Positions 27,956-40,190 of a DNA stretch of 64,000 nt are shown piece by piece. The notes under the pieces were generated by a model. That model saw only the letters and a program-made list of their open reading frames with translations, ran no database searches and was not told the origin of the DNA. Origin of the DNA: Octopus vulgaris (Eukaryota); the NCBI GenBank assembly GCA_951406725.2, contig OX597824.1, positions 49,538,001 to 49,602,000 on the forward strand, given 5' to 3'. Each line of letters opens with the position of its first letter. Position 1 is the stretch's first letter. The position numbers and the translations under genes are program-made.

Positions 27956-29109
27956 CCATCACATGGATTTGACTCTTCAGATTGTGAAATTTCAACAGGA
28001 CATTTTCAGTCAGTGCGCTATAAAGGGCACTAACTGAAAATATATTGTTGATTAGAGTGGCTACCATGTATGGATTGTAAGGTTCTTAGCAAACAAAGAA
28101 TTCAAAAATTTTTGAGTAAAAGTATGTTAAAGCAGGAATGTATAGTTCATATTTGTGTGTTTAAATGTTACAGGTGTAATGCACTTACATTTGTAAACTG
28201 TGATTGCGGTCATGAGCCTTTATTCAGGTTCCGATGTCCTTACTGTGCCATCATCATTTAAAAAAACTTGTAGAAGTACTAACATTAACTACAGGTTCCC
28301 AAAGACCTAAGTTTGTCACTAAAACTGTATCTTTGGTCCATAGTTATTCCATTGGATGTACAATCTGTTACCAATAACCAAATAATTAGTAGCCTTTCAC
28401 ATCTACCTAAGATAGGAGCATATAAGCAAGTGATTCTTGTAATGGGGTTTCCTTCACATAATAGCAGGTTGCCATAGGTTTGGTTACTAACTTTCAGGTC
28501 TTCATAATTATATTACCAAAATCAAATATTATTTCAAAAATGAAAATTGGTGGTATCCATACTGTGTTCTCTACACTGTCTCCATGTATTTGTGTATTAG
28601 CTTGATCAAAGGTAAGATGGATTTAATTTACATTTTTGAAATTGAGGTATTTGCTGTAATTTTTCTGAGAGTTATACATGGTTATAAATAAAAAGCATGT
28701 GCTGGTTCTATCCAAAGATAGAACATCACTTATGCCTACTAGATCAATCAACATAAAATTTAACAAACACGTTTTAGAGAAAAATATATTTTAATTTCAT
28801 TCAGTGTAATCCATTGCAAACAATCATTTAAAAAGTCATGAATTTTCATGTTACATAAACATTATGTTTAAATGTGATATGTGTATGTATATAATATATA
28901 ATTATTGATTTCATGTCATGACAAAGCTTATGAAATCTTGATTTTCTTATGAAGAATATACTGATTTGGTTTGCAGTTGCTTTTCCTGGCTCAAAAGAAC
29001 AGTTGAATTCAGCAATGAAAGAAACAAATACTTGTCAGTGCTTCTGCTTTTTGCTGAAGTGAGCTGTACTTATTGAATCTGTTTGTAGCCTGATGGACTT
29101 AGTTACATA

Positions 29110-29251
29110 GGAATTAGCGTTAGGAAGGGCATCCAGCCATAGAAAAACTGCCAGATCAGACTGGAGCCTGGTGCAGCCTCTGGCTTCCCAGACCCCGGTC
29201 GAACTGTCCAACCCATGCTAGCATGGAAAACAGACGTTAAAAAATGATGAT
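29110..29251 (+). mobile_element. RTE LINE 3' tail
   Basis: gcgttaggaagggcatccagcc...acccatgctagcatggaaaacagacgttaaa..gatgatga. Confidence 0.8.
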
Positions 29252-29519
29252 ATATATATATAGTATCTTTGTTTCATTTTGACTTCACAGCATCAGGGAT
29301 TGTCCTGAAATTGTCTAAAATTTAAATGAATGGGTTGAGAAATAACTAAGTAAGAAAAAGTTTTAAGGTATCTATCTATTTATAACTTACGAAACCAAAT
29401 CTTTTTAAGTTAAATACTTTTGTTAGGGACCCAGTGCTGAAATGTTAGCTCCTCAACCAACTATAATTTTCATTCATTTACAAGCAAAGCAAGTGTTGTG
29501 GGAGTGATATAGTTTTAAA

Positions 29520-31620
29520 GATGTTTTGTGTGAAGGACATTATATATAGATATTGTTGTATCTGGGGAGATTAATTTTGTGTTTATACCTTATTAACTAA
29601 CACTCACTGGTTCAATTTTCACTATTTATATATATATTTTTTTCTTCCAGAATTTTCATTACTTCTTGCAACCTTCTCATAGTTGTTGACTGTAATCAGC
29701 TGTGTTCCTTTTTTTTGTTTATGCGCATGTGTGTGTCAGTGTACATATGTATGCATGTGTGTATTTTGCATATTCATGTTTTTGTATGTGTGTGTGTGTA
29801 TGCTTGTCTGTATTACCAATGTAGCTATCTATCTGTTTTCCTACATATCTACCTATATACATATGTATATATTTGCCTACATAACAGCCTATTAACAAAT
29901 ATACCTATGTATGTATATTCTGTGGGTATTGGAGTATCACTACCTTCTGTGTGTATTTCCTATTTAGTGTGGGGGATGTTTCATTTATGAGGACATACTC
30001 CTGTATTTATCTGAGTGATGGGTTCTTCGGTTACTCGGATAAAATGCAGATGTCAAGTTGGCCTCATAAACAAAATATCGCCCATACTAAATAGGAAATA
30101 CATGTAGAAGGTATGATACCCAAATACCCACAGAATATACATACATAGGTACATTTGTTAGTAGGCTGTTAGGTAGGTAAACAGATAGATAGGTACAAAG
30201 GTGATATGGAAAGACAAGCATACACACAGATACATACAAAAACACATATGGAGGCACACAACCATAGTCACGCAAACTCATACATAGACACACTCAAACA
30301 TGCACACACACAAAAACATGAATATGCAGAATACAAACAAACAAAAGGACAGTCAACAACTAGTGAGAAGGTTGCAAGAAGCAACGAAAATTCTGGAAGA
30401 AAAAAATATATCAACAAATTGAATGGAAATTGGACCAGTAAGTGTTAGTTAATGAGGCATAAAAACAAAATGACTCTCCGCAGACAACAAAATATGCTTC
30501 ATCACACGAATTCATATAAAGAATCTTGCAAACCAGATAAAAAAATGAAATAGAATAAGCTCTAGCCAAGCTAGCAAGATGCTGACAGACACTGTTCTGC
30601 TGTCTAAAAATCGAAATAGTTACCCAACAGCTCTATTTCATTAAAGCATGCATCCTCTCTAGGTTATACACGAAATCTGTTAATTCAGCTGTCAAGCATC
30701 GAGGACTCAGAACACCAAGCAAGAAAACTAAAACACATGATGTTGCAAAACATCAAAGAGAAAATATACAAAGAAATCAACCAGTACCAGAAACAAAAGA
30801 TGGTCCTACTGCATGAACTGAAAAACACCCCTACATCACACAAAAGATTCATGACACTCATCCTACAAGAATACCACTGAGTAAACCATACCTGCAAAAA
30901 CTTAAGTGGATGAAACAATGATCTCAGCGTGGTATGAGTCAACACAGATATCCAAACAATGTTGATGGGATTGTCATGTTGGAACGAGAACTAACAGAGG
31001 ACTTCAATGCCAGGGCACTGAAGAACAATACCACCACCAACAAAAATGACACCCCTGGAATATATGGCACAACAGCTGGATATGGATGAAATGCATGTCT
31101 TAAAGTTACCGCCAAAATTTGCTACATATAATTGTCTAAGATTGAAAATAAGATGGAGATTAGGACAATACAACACAAACATACGAAACCAAAACAACAA
31201 CAATAGTGACAATAGCAGCAATGATAACTACAGCATCAGCTGCACAAACAACTATAACAACATAGTCACACAAGCCCATATGCAGAGACCAAACACGCAC
31301 ACATATATATATGTAAATACACATGCATGCACAAACAAACGTTTAATGTTCCTTATACACGCAGTCTTTTACAGGAACATTTCTTAAACGCAACCCCAAT
31401 CATCAGGACTCTTGATAATATTATTATAATTCAATACCAATTTCTATATTTTAACAGTTACGAATGCAGCACTGATAATGGACGGAGTTACCAACAAAAT
31501 TCTGGAAATCAAACCGGTGTGTTAGTTAATAAGGTATAAAGACAAAATGACTCTCCCCATACAACAAAATATGCTTCAACACGCGAATTCACATAAAGAA
31601 TCTTGCAAATCAGATACAAA
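29520..31620. mobile_element. Large imperfect palindrome (~29520-30520) plus a direct partial copy (~31497-31620); probable PLE-derived element
   Basis: Arms pair around a centre near 30025; ttagttaataaggtataaa..caaaatgactctcc recurs at ~30447, ~31521 and inverted at ~29565. Confidence 0.6.
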
Positions 31621-32109
31621 AAAGAAGTACAGGTCATTGTCAACTTACAACCACAATTGGTTCAGACTGACTGTTTGTAAATCGGCCTATAGGCCTACAT
31701 GGCTTTGTTTTATATTTTTACAGTCTTATGGTACATTCTCAGGTAAAAGTCATACTCAGCATTTTGTATCATACAATTATACTGGCGTTAGGCAAAAATT
31801 TCAGAGTATTAAGCAGTTGTCTTATAAACAAATACAAGGTTGCCTTGATGTCTCTGTGTCAGGATAGTCATCCAATACAGTGACAATCGATAACCAAACC
31901 TAGATGTGTTAATTTCTAAGAAATTAAACCCATTAGATTTCAATATTTATTATTGCTGCCAGAAGCTGGCATGCCAATTGTAAAGTCAATTGGTCATAAG
32001 TCGATAACGACCTGTATATTTATATATATATAGATTATTTTATTTATCGGGGAATAAAAATTCCGGCGTCACAGGGATTCAAATAAAATGAATTATTCTC
32101 GATAAGGAA

Positions 32110-32855
32110 ATATATGTCATTTAGAGATAGAAGTCCCCATGCAATTCATCAAATCCTAATATACATCACACCATATAATAGAATTTTATTTTAATACTTA
32201 CTAATCATTTCTAAATTTCTCTGCTACACGTGTTTCATGAGGTGCGTTTAACGTTCCTTATACACGCAGTCTTTTACATGAACATTTCTTAAACGCAACC
32301 CCAATCGTCAGGCCTCTTAATAACTTTATTAAAATTCAATACCAATTTCTATATTTTAATATTTTAACAGTTACGAATGTAATTAACAGACAAATATGCA
32401 TATGTGCAAATAAATTCGCCGAACCTTGCTGTGCAAGCCATAATTTAGTTGATTAAAAAATTTAAAATTTACAAAACTAAATTCAAACGTGACTTATGCC
32501 TATAAACATGCAGATAAATTAATAATATGTAGGAATGAAAATTACAATATATAATAGTGATGATATAATAATGAAAACAATGACAAAGAAAAATATATAT
32601 TCGAATAAAAACTATAGTTAAAAGTGGACGTAAACAAATGCGAATGAATGGCAAAAAGATATATAAATGAAATCTACGGAGAAAAAAATTTACAAATGAT
32701 AAAATATAATAAAAGACTGCGCATATAAGGAATGTTAAATGCACCTCATGAAACACGTGTAGCAGAGAAATTTAGAAATGATTAGTGTTATATGGTGTGA
32801 TGTATATTAGGATTTGATGAATTGCATGTGGACTTCTATCTCTAAATAACATATA
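32110..32855. repeat. Inverted repeat, ~165/145-bp arms (32110-32276 / 32710-32855)
   Basis: ttagagatagaagtcc..atgcaattcatcaaatcctaatatacatcacaccatataa..ctaatcatttctaaatttctctgctacacgtgtttcatgaggtgc is mirrored at 32710-32855. Confidence 0.85.
32222..32313 (-). ncRNA. Minimal type-I hammerhead ribozyme motif
   Basis: Minus strand: gc-CTGACGA-ttggggttgcgtttaa...ttaaacgcacctcat-GAAAC-ACGT-GTA-gc; intact core, long stem II, palindromic stem III; stem I only ~2 bp. Confidence 0.7.
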
Positions 32856-33007
32856 TATATATATATATGTATATTTGAAAGTCTTTGTGAAAATTACTTT
32901 ATGCAGTTTTTAAGTATAAAGGGGATTTTTATAAAAAATTGTTACAGTAATTCCAAAACTATATTCTCATAATAACTTCCTAACTGTAGAACAAAAGTTC
33001 TTCTTTA

Positions 33008-35115
33008 TTAGTCTATTACAAAACGGGGGATTTTTTTCTCAATAATTACGACTTCATCCTGACTAGGTGAGTTGTGAGGACTTGTAACATTATCGTGGCA
33101 GTTAACAGGAAGATTATTAATATCACAGTTGTTATGAAGCAATGACATACTCTCTAATGTCTTTGGTGACAGCAAAGACTCGGAACTTGAAGATATTGAA
33201 AAGGGACTTGGTGGCATTGTTTCTTGGCTTTCACTTAAATTTTTATTCTCACAATCTGGATCCCACTCACTATTTTGAGAGTCGCTAATGACTATAGTGG
33301 TCTGTGACAAGCTTTTCTCTATTGGTTGATTATCTGCCCTGTTTTTGCACAATATTTCCCTATTTGAATTGCTCTGAGATCTATCTATAGATGTTGATTG
33401 TGCTGAAGTTGTAGAATCTAGATTTATCCTGTGCTTACTTTTAAGGGAATTATGATTAACCGGCTTTTCTTCAACAGTGCAATTTTCTAAAACAGCAGAA
33501 TGAGAAATAAAAGACTCCACATTATTTACCGACTGAATATCACAAACATTCTTGTGATTACTGCAATTATCTTCACAAGAAGCTATTGTTTCGTGTTTTC
33601 GTTTACCCAGTTGAGAAGCAGGAATTGACGGAGAAATAGTTTTATCAGATGGAATTTCTTTAGATATGCAACAGATGTTCCCAGTATTATTGCTTCCTGC
33701 ACTAGCTTCTGGGATAGAGCAACTTGTTTCACTCTTCAAACTTTCGTTTGTTGTATTATTATTATCTTCATCAGCACTGAGCATAGAAGTCACTTCTTTA
33801 TTCATGGCAAGAGAAAAACTTTTGGTAACACCACTTGATGCTGAACTCTGAATTTCAGACTTATTCATATTTGGAGAGGTCTCAGATATTCTTTTACTCT
33901 TCTCAGTAATCTTGCAAACGGAATAATCAAAACTAGAACTGTGACTGTTATTTGAAAGAGGTCCATCTTGTAATGCGATAGCTTTGCTTTTACCATCACT
34001 AATGCAATCAGAGGATTTATCATCAACATTAAACTTTGTGTCTGGTATATTTTTATTGGAATCTTTAGAATCAAATGACTTTTCCATGACATGCTGTATA
34101 GAAACTGGATCTGTCTGACTGCTATTACCACCAAAATAATTTAATGGCCCAAAAATTTGACTGAGGTTTACTAGTTGATCTTTATAAATCTTTGTATCTC
34201 TTTGGTTGTCTGGGACCTCTTTCTGATCAAGAACTTTACTTTGGTTTTGACTTGTAATTTCTTTCACTTCATTTTGTTCTGTGTAGTTTTTAGTACAAAT
34301 ATTGTTTGGAGATATTTGATGGCAATTTACATAATTTCCATTTCCTTCTGGGGTTTTGTATTTTACTTCTGAGTGTTCTAATGGAACATCAGACATTAAT
34401 TCTTCCTTGTCTTCTTTATCTCTTGGTGATTTCATAGTTAATATATCTTTATTACTGTCTGTATATTTTGGTGACATGTTACCCTGGTTACTGGATATAG
34501 GTTTTGGTGACATAAGAGTTAATTCAATTACATGTTTTGGGGATATATTATCTCTTATCTGTTTTGCTGCCATAGTGGGCAACATAAATTCACATGGAAT
34601 GGAATTTTCTGACATATTTTCTGATGAGTGACTCTGGCTATTACAATGATGTGATGTTACACTTTCTAAGGTTTCTTCATGTAAGTTATACTGCTGTGAT
34701 AGTTTGTTGTTGGACATAACCTGTTTGCTGTTACTGCTTTGTGATGGCATATCACTAGACATTTCTCTGTAAGTATTGCCATGTTGTGATATCTTATCTT
34801 TAGATATATCTCTCAGTTTGGTATAATGCGATGTACTTTCTTCAGATATGTTTTTTGGGGTGCCATGACTTTGTAACATCACACTGTCACTCTCGACTCC
34901 CTGAACATCACAACTTGTTGCTGACATACCTTCAGATTTATTTTTCTGGATGCTAAAATTTCTTATTGTTACATTTTCAGATCTTTCTTTCTGTACATCA
35001 CAACTTGATGACACGTTTTCGTTACTGCTGGTACCCTGTGAAATCGAGATCTGTGACTCTTGACTATATGAACTCTCAGAGTCAGTAAAGGAAACACTTG
35101 CTCGGGGAGGATAAG
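33008..35115 (-). CDS. DCLRE1C: Artemis terminal exon (long Ser-rich, SQ-rich disordered tail)
   Basis: 2108-nt open frame after ttttttgacag; phase matches the upstream exon; ends ..KKIPRFVID-TAA. Assigned by position and phase, not by homology. Confidence 0.8.
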
Positions 35116-36239
35116 CTGTCAAAAAATAATAGAATCCATTTTAACATAAAAAGTAAACATAATCTTTGTATCAGCATACAAAAATATCTCATTTTCTTTT
35201 AAAATAATTTTTAAACATTTCTGCCTCACCTATGGAGAAGAGAAAAAATATGTGGATGAACCACAGGAAGTAAGCTGATTTGTAATTGGTCAGCCTGGGA
35301 AGCAAGCATCTTACTACACAGCCATGCCTGCACCTATATATGAGAATGTATTTTGAATTTATCATCCAGTGGGGTACATTTAACAGTAAACAAACAACAA
35401 AAATTATATCACCATTTAACATGCATCTTTCATACTGGCATGGCTTAGACAGTTGAATGGGATCTAATGAGTCAGAAGACAATGTCATGCTCCAATGTCT
35501 TTGGCATGGTTTTTATGACCAGATATCATTCTTAAAAGCAATTACTTTCAGTGTGCACTGGATGCCTTTTTGTGGTACCAGTGCTAGTGAGAGCCTAATA
35601 TGGTCCCTATAACTGAGGAAGAGGATGTGATGATTCTAGATGAAGTGATGAGGGAGAGTAAAATAAAATAAGAAGAGATTTATAGTTGTGATAGGGTAGT
35701 AGTAGATAGAGTAACAGGATGGGCAGAGAGGAAAGGGAAGGATTAGAGTCAGGAGCTATTGAGAAAAAGGAAGGTGGAATCAGAATGGAAAAGTGATAGG
35801 GTGGGTTGTGTAGGGGAGATCTAAGGATATCTAACATGAGAGGTATGGATGGAAGGTATAAAGGAAAGAAGACAGGATGGGAGAAATAGACTAGGATGGT
35901 CTTGAAAGAGTAACTGAAGGCAAGAGAAATGTGAAGAGAGGCTGGAGGGTACAATAGAAGAGGAGAGAAAGCATCCCAGATAGGAAGGATGTAAAGAGAG
36001 CAGTAGGTGGATGCAACAAGAAAATTGTGATAGAGAGAGAGTTGAAAACACCATAGAGGTGTAAGAGTGAGAAGTGAGATAAAGGCGAGAGTCGATGTTG
36101 GCTGGCAATAGAGCTAACCCAGGAAAATGTGCTGGTTGGTAGTACAATGGAACAAATATGACAGATGAGATGGAAGAAGTATGAATGATGAAGTGAGTGG
36201 AGAAGACCTGGGGTTAGAGGATGGTAAGGTAGGCTTGAT

Positions 36240-37080
36240 GGAATATATATCACAGCTTCTTAAACACTACCCTTGTGTTAAGGTGTATTTTACCATGGAT
36301 GGACAGGTCTTCTGTGGCACTGCATATTGCCAATCATATAGTCCTTTGTTATTTCCTCCATGGGATACAGCATTTTCAGGTCAGCCTTCACTATTTCATC
36401 CCAAGTATTCCTTGGTCTCCTTCTTTTACAAGTTCCACTAAGCAGCAGTTCTCCATATACATAACATGCCTGCACCAGAACAGCCTCCTCTCTAGCACAC
36501 TACTCATGATTCCTTTTATACTTGATTTTTAGTTTTGCTCATTTGCTCTCAAACACCAACATTACACATCTATCAGAACATGCGTGCTTCAAATCTTTCT
36601 AATCTTCTCAAGGTTCATATCTCACTATCAAGCAACATTGCAGTTCTAACACAAGCACTATTCAATCTGACCTTTATTCAGAAAAAACCTTTGGTAATAG
36701 TTCCATGAACTGTTTTTAACTCATTTTTACCTTGGCTACTATACTAGAAACTGTTGACTTCAAATGAGCTATCCAGGCATTTAAGAGGATCTATTTCTGG
36801 TGTGCATATTGTAGTACTGTTCCAGTGCACTTGTCACATACAAAACTTACTTTCTCTGTTAGTCTGTAATTCCATAACATCCCTTGTTTGTCCATAGCTT
36901 TTACTCTGTACATCATTTAGAATTTATACCTATTTCTTTTCTGCATATCAAGCAAGGCCATTTTCTAGATAATATCTGGGTCCTGTTTTCTTTCCTACTA
37001 ACACCCAGGCCTTTGATACGTTACCTTCAGGCCTTTTAATTCTAGGTTTATCTTCCCTGACTAAAATTCTGTTTTGGATA
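36240..37080 (-). mobile_element. Degraded RTE LINE fragment
   Basis: GTCKRRRPRNTWDEIVKADLK; similar to 1-700 and 8790-9785. Confidence 0.65.
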
Positions 37081-38939
37081 GGCAATCTTGCAGAAATGAA
37101 CTAAGCTCAGCTTGCTTTCTGCTTTATAGTCATAACCAAAACATTTGATCATATTTTAATGCACAACAATATTATTGACACAACACGCAAGGAATGTGAA
37201 ACTGCAGAATCCACTACTGCAAAGTAGTATGTTCAATATGAGCTCTAGATTAAAGCTTTAAATATCCAAAATGCAAGATTAACAGGTTTCTGATTTCTTT
37301 ATTACCCACTAAGGGGCGAAGATTAACAGGTTTCTCTGAAGCATCTGATTGGTTACATTTGTGAGGTAGTTAAATTAGATGTGTCTGATAATTAACCAAC
37401 AACAGTGGTTGTTGAAGTGGCTTCTGTAACAAAATGATGACAACTGTAGCTAATATTATCCCTTGCCACTTCAAAGATATTGCATAGTTGAGATGGTTAA
37501 TACCTCTCACTAGTGATGGCTATTTCAAGAAGAAACTTTGTTTTGACTTCATGAGGCTAAACTATAATTTAAAAAATGCCTGTAGGAAATTAACAGTAGT
37601 TCACCAAGCCATAACAGAGTAACTGAAAAAGGACTATTTGTAAGGAAATTACTATGCTTAATATGCAGAAAGTAAGTAGGTAGAAATCCCCAAAAAGGAT
37701 GGTGAGATCACAGGCAAGCAGATTGGGTAATTATATCAGGAATATTGTAAAACTGAATTTTAAAATTAATTTTTGTCAATAATATTAATAATGATGATTT
37801 CTCACATAGACACAGGGCCACAAATTTAGTGGATGGTTATCATCAATTATATCGACCCAGTACTTCACTGGTGTTTATTATACCTACCCGTGAAGTATGA
37901 GAGGCAAAGGTGGTCTCAGCAGAGTTTGAACACAGAACATTAAGAGCTGTAACAAATACTACAAAGCATTTTGTCTACTGTGTGACTGATGCTGTTTTGG
38001 TCCTCATCCTTCAAAACTATCAGCTTTGTGCAGAAATAAGAAAGGATTATCGTCATTATTGCGGGTGATAAATTTACAGAATTGATTACATTGATCCTAG
38101 TGTTCAAGTGGTACTTATTTTATTAACACCGAAAGAAAGATAGCTAAAGTTGATCTTGGTGGCCTTTGAACTCAGAATGTTAAATCAGAAGAAATGCTGT
38201 CCAGCGTGGTAACAATTCTGCAAGCTCATCAACTTAATAATAATAGTTACCAGGCTGGTGAGACCAGTAAGATCAGTGAGGAAACTGGTATACAGATAGG
38301 TATCCATCAGGGCTCAGTCCTCAGCTTGCTACTGTTTATTCCAGTTCTCTAGGCCATAACATGGAATTGCAGACAGAGCATGTCTGTGAGTATTCCATAT
38401 GGTGTATAAACTGTGAGTGCACAAAAGAAGCAGGGAAGATTATATTTAGCATATGCACAAGAGTAGTTGGTAGTAAAGGCTAAAAAAGCTCCATCAAAGT
38501 ATTGGTAACTTCTGTTATTTCTGTGATCAAATTAGCAGTGGAGGTGAGTGCCCTGAAAGCACAGTAGCCATGGTGGAAGTTGAGTGAGCTAATATCTCAG
38601 CTGGCAACAAAGTGGTTTGCTATTTGAATGAAAGGCAGATTGTATGATGCTTGTGTACATAATGTGCTGTGGCACAGTACTGAATGTGGAAGATGTGTGA
38701 AGGCAGGAAAGAAATGAGGAATGTATCTTCTGGTAGATGTGCAAGTAACAAGGGCATATATTTTACCATCAGGTTGACATAAGTGCACATTATCTAGGAA
38801 CACATCTTCATCATTTAACATCTGCTGGCATGGGTTGTATGGCTTGACATGGAGCTGGCTAGAAGGGAGCTAAAAAAGTCTTTTTGAAAACAAAAGTAAA
38901 CTGGAAGATCATAAAAAGAATCCTAATTAAAATACTTAC

Positions 38940-39057
38940 AGATTTCTGGAACTTTCTTAAGTTTCATCATTCCAAGTTGCTTGTCATTAGATGAACAATG
39001 TTGCTGCTGTTTCTTTGGTTTGGGCTTATCCAGAATCTTATTGAGTTGTATTTGAGT
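38940..39057 (-). CDS. DCLRE1C: Artemis exon (end of catalytic domain/linker)
   Basis: TQIQLNKILDKPKPKKQQQHCSSNDKQLGMMKLKKVPEI, resembling human KPLGKLKR; phase 0 in and phase 1 out joins the neighbours; donor gtaagt. Confidence 0.7.
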
Positions 39058-39689
39058 CTTAATAATAATTATAATAATAATAATAATAATAATCATACTG
39101 TTCGTGGTGATTCGATTCAATTCAATTCAACTCAATCACATCAACTCATGCAGAACACTTCTTGCACTCTCATCTGCTAATGTTATAACACAATTACCAT
39201 CAATATTTCATTACACAATATACACAATGCATATTCTACATAATTACCATCCAATACTACAACATAATTCACAACCTTTCAAGTGGTCACTCATTTAGCT
39301 GAAAAAAGGAGCCAAATATCTCCCAGCTCAAAGGAAAAGTGATGGACACTAAAAATGTAACCCTTATGTTTGAATAAAATACAGAATGGTCACAGCTGGA
39401 ATGTCTATGAGCATAGATCTAATGGATCATGATGACCTGACACTAAACAACAGACCTCACTAGACAACAAATGCGAGTTGCAATGACCAACCACCCGAAT
39501 AAATTTACAACTGATATAGCACAAATTTCATACAGTAAATCAAGAAAGCACAGCTGATATATTATACAAACAGCATTACATATTTCCAAACGATAAAGTT
39601 GAATCCACCTCAGGAACAAGGAGGGATACCAGCCTAGTGGTGCAGTAGAATTTGGTATTAACTGGTGTCATTATGATGATGGTTATAAT

Positions 39690-40190
39690 AACTTTTTTAC
39701 ATAGACCACCTTCTGGTGCCTATGTAGGAAATTATAGAAGGAAATAGTCAATTATATCAACCCCAATATTTGACTGGTATTTTATCCACCCTAGAAAGTT
39801 AAAATGCACAGTTGACTTGGGCCTGGATTTGCACAAAGAATCTAAAGGGTCAGAGTAAATGCAGTAATGATTCTGCTAACCCCCTCCCCACCTAATGTAG
39901 GCAGGAGACCAAAATTTGTAGTACGGGAACAGTCAAACATAACTCCAGTATATGACTGATATTATATTTTATTAATTCTGGAAGGATAAAGGGTTATGTT
40001 GACCTCAGTGGAATTTGAACTCAGAATGTACAAAGCCAGAACAAATACCATACAACATTATATGCAATGATTCTGAAAATCTACTGCTCTAATAATGAGT
40101 GTTTCTAACATAGGCATAAGGCTACAAATTTGAAGGAGAGAGGTGAGTTGATTAAATCAACTCCATAATGTGAGTGGGACAATATTTGTG
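39690..40190 (-). mobile_element. Cluster of ~3 degraded family D SINE fragments
   Basis: Repeated tcaaccccagta..tgactggtac..ttttat..gttgacct..gaatttgaactcagaat modules; similar ones at 37790-38240. Confidence 0.5.
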
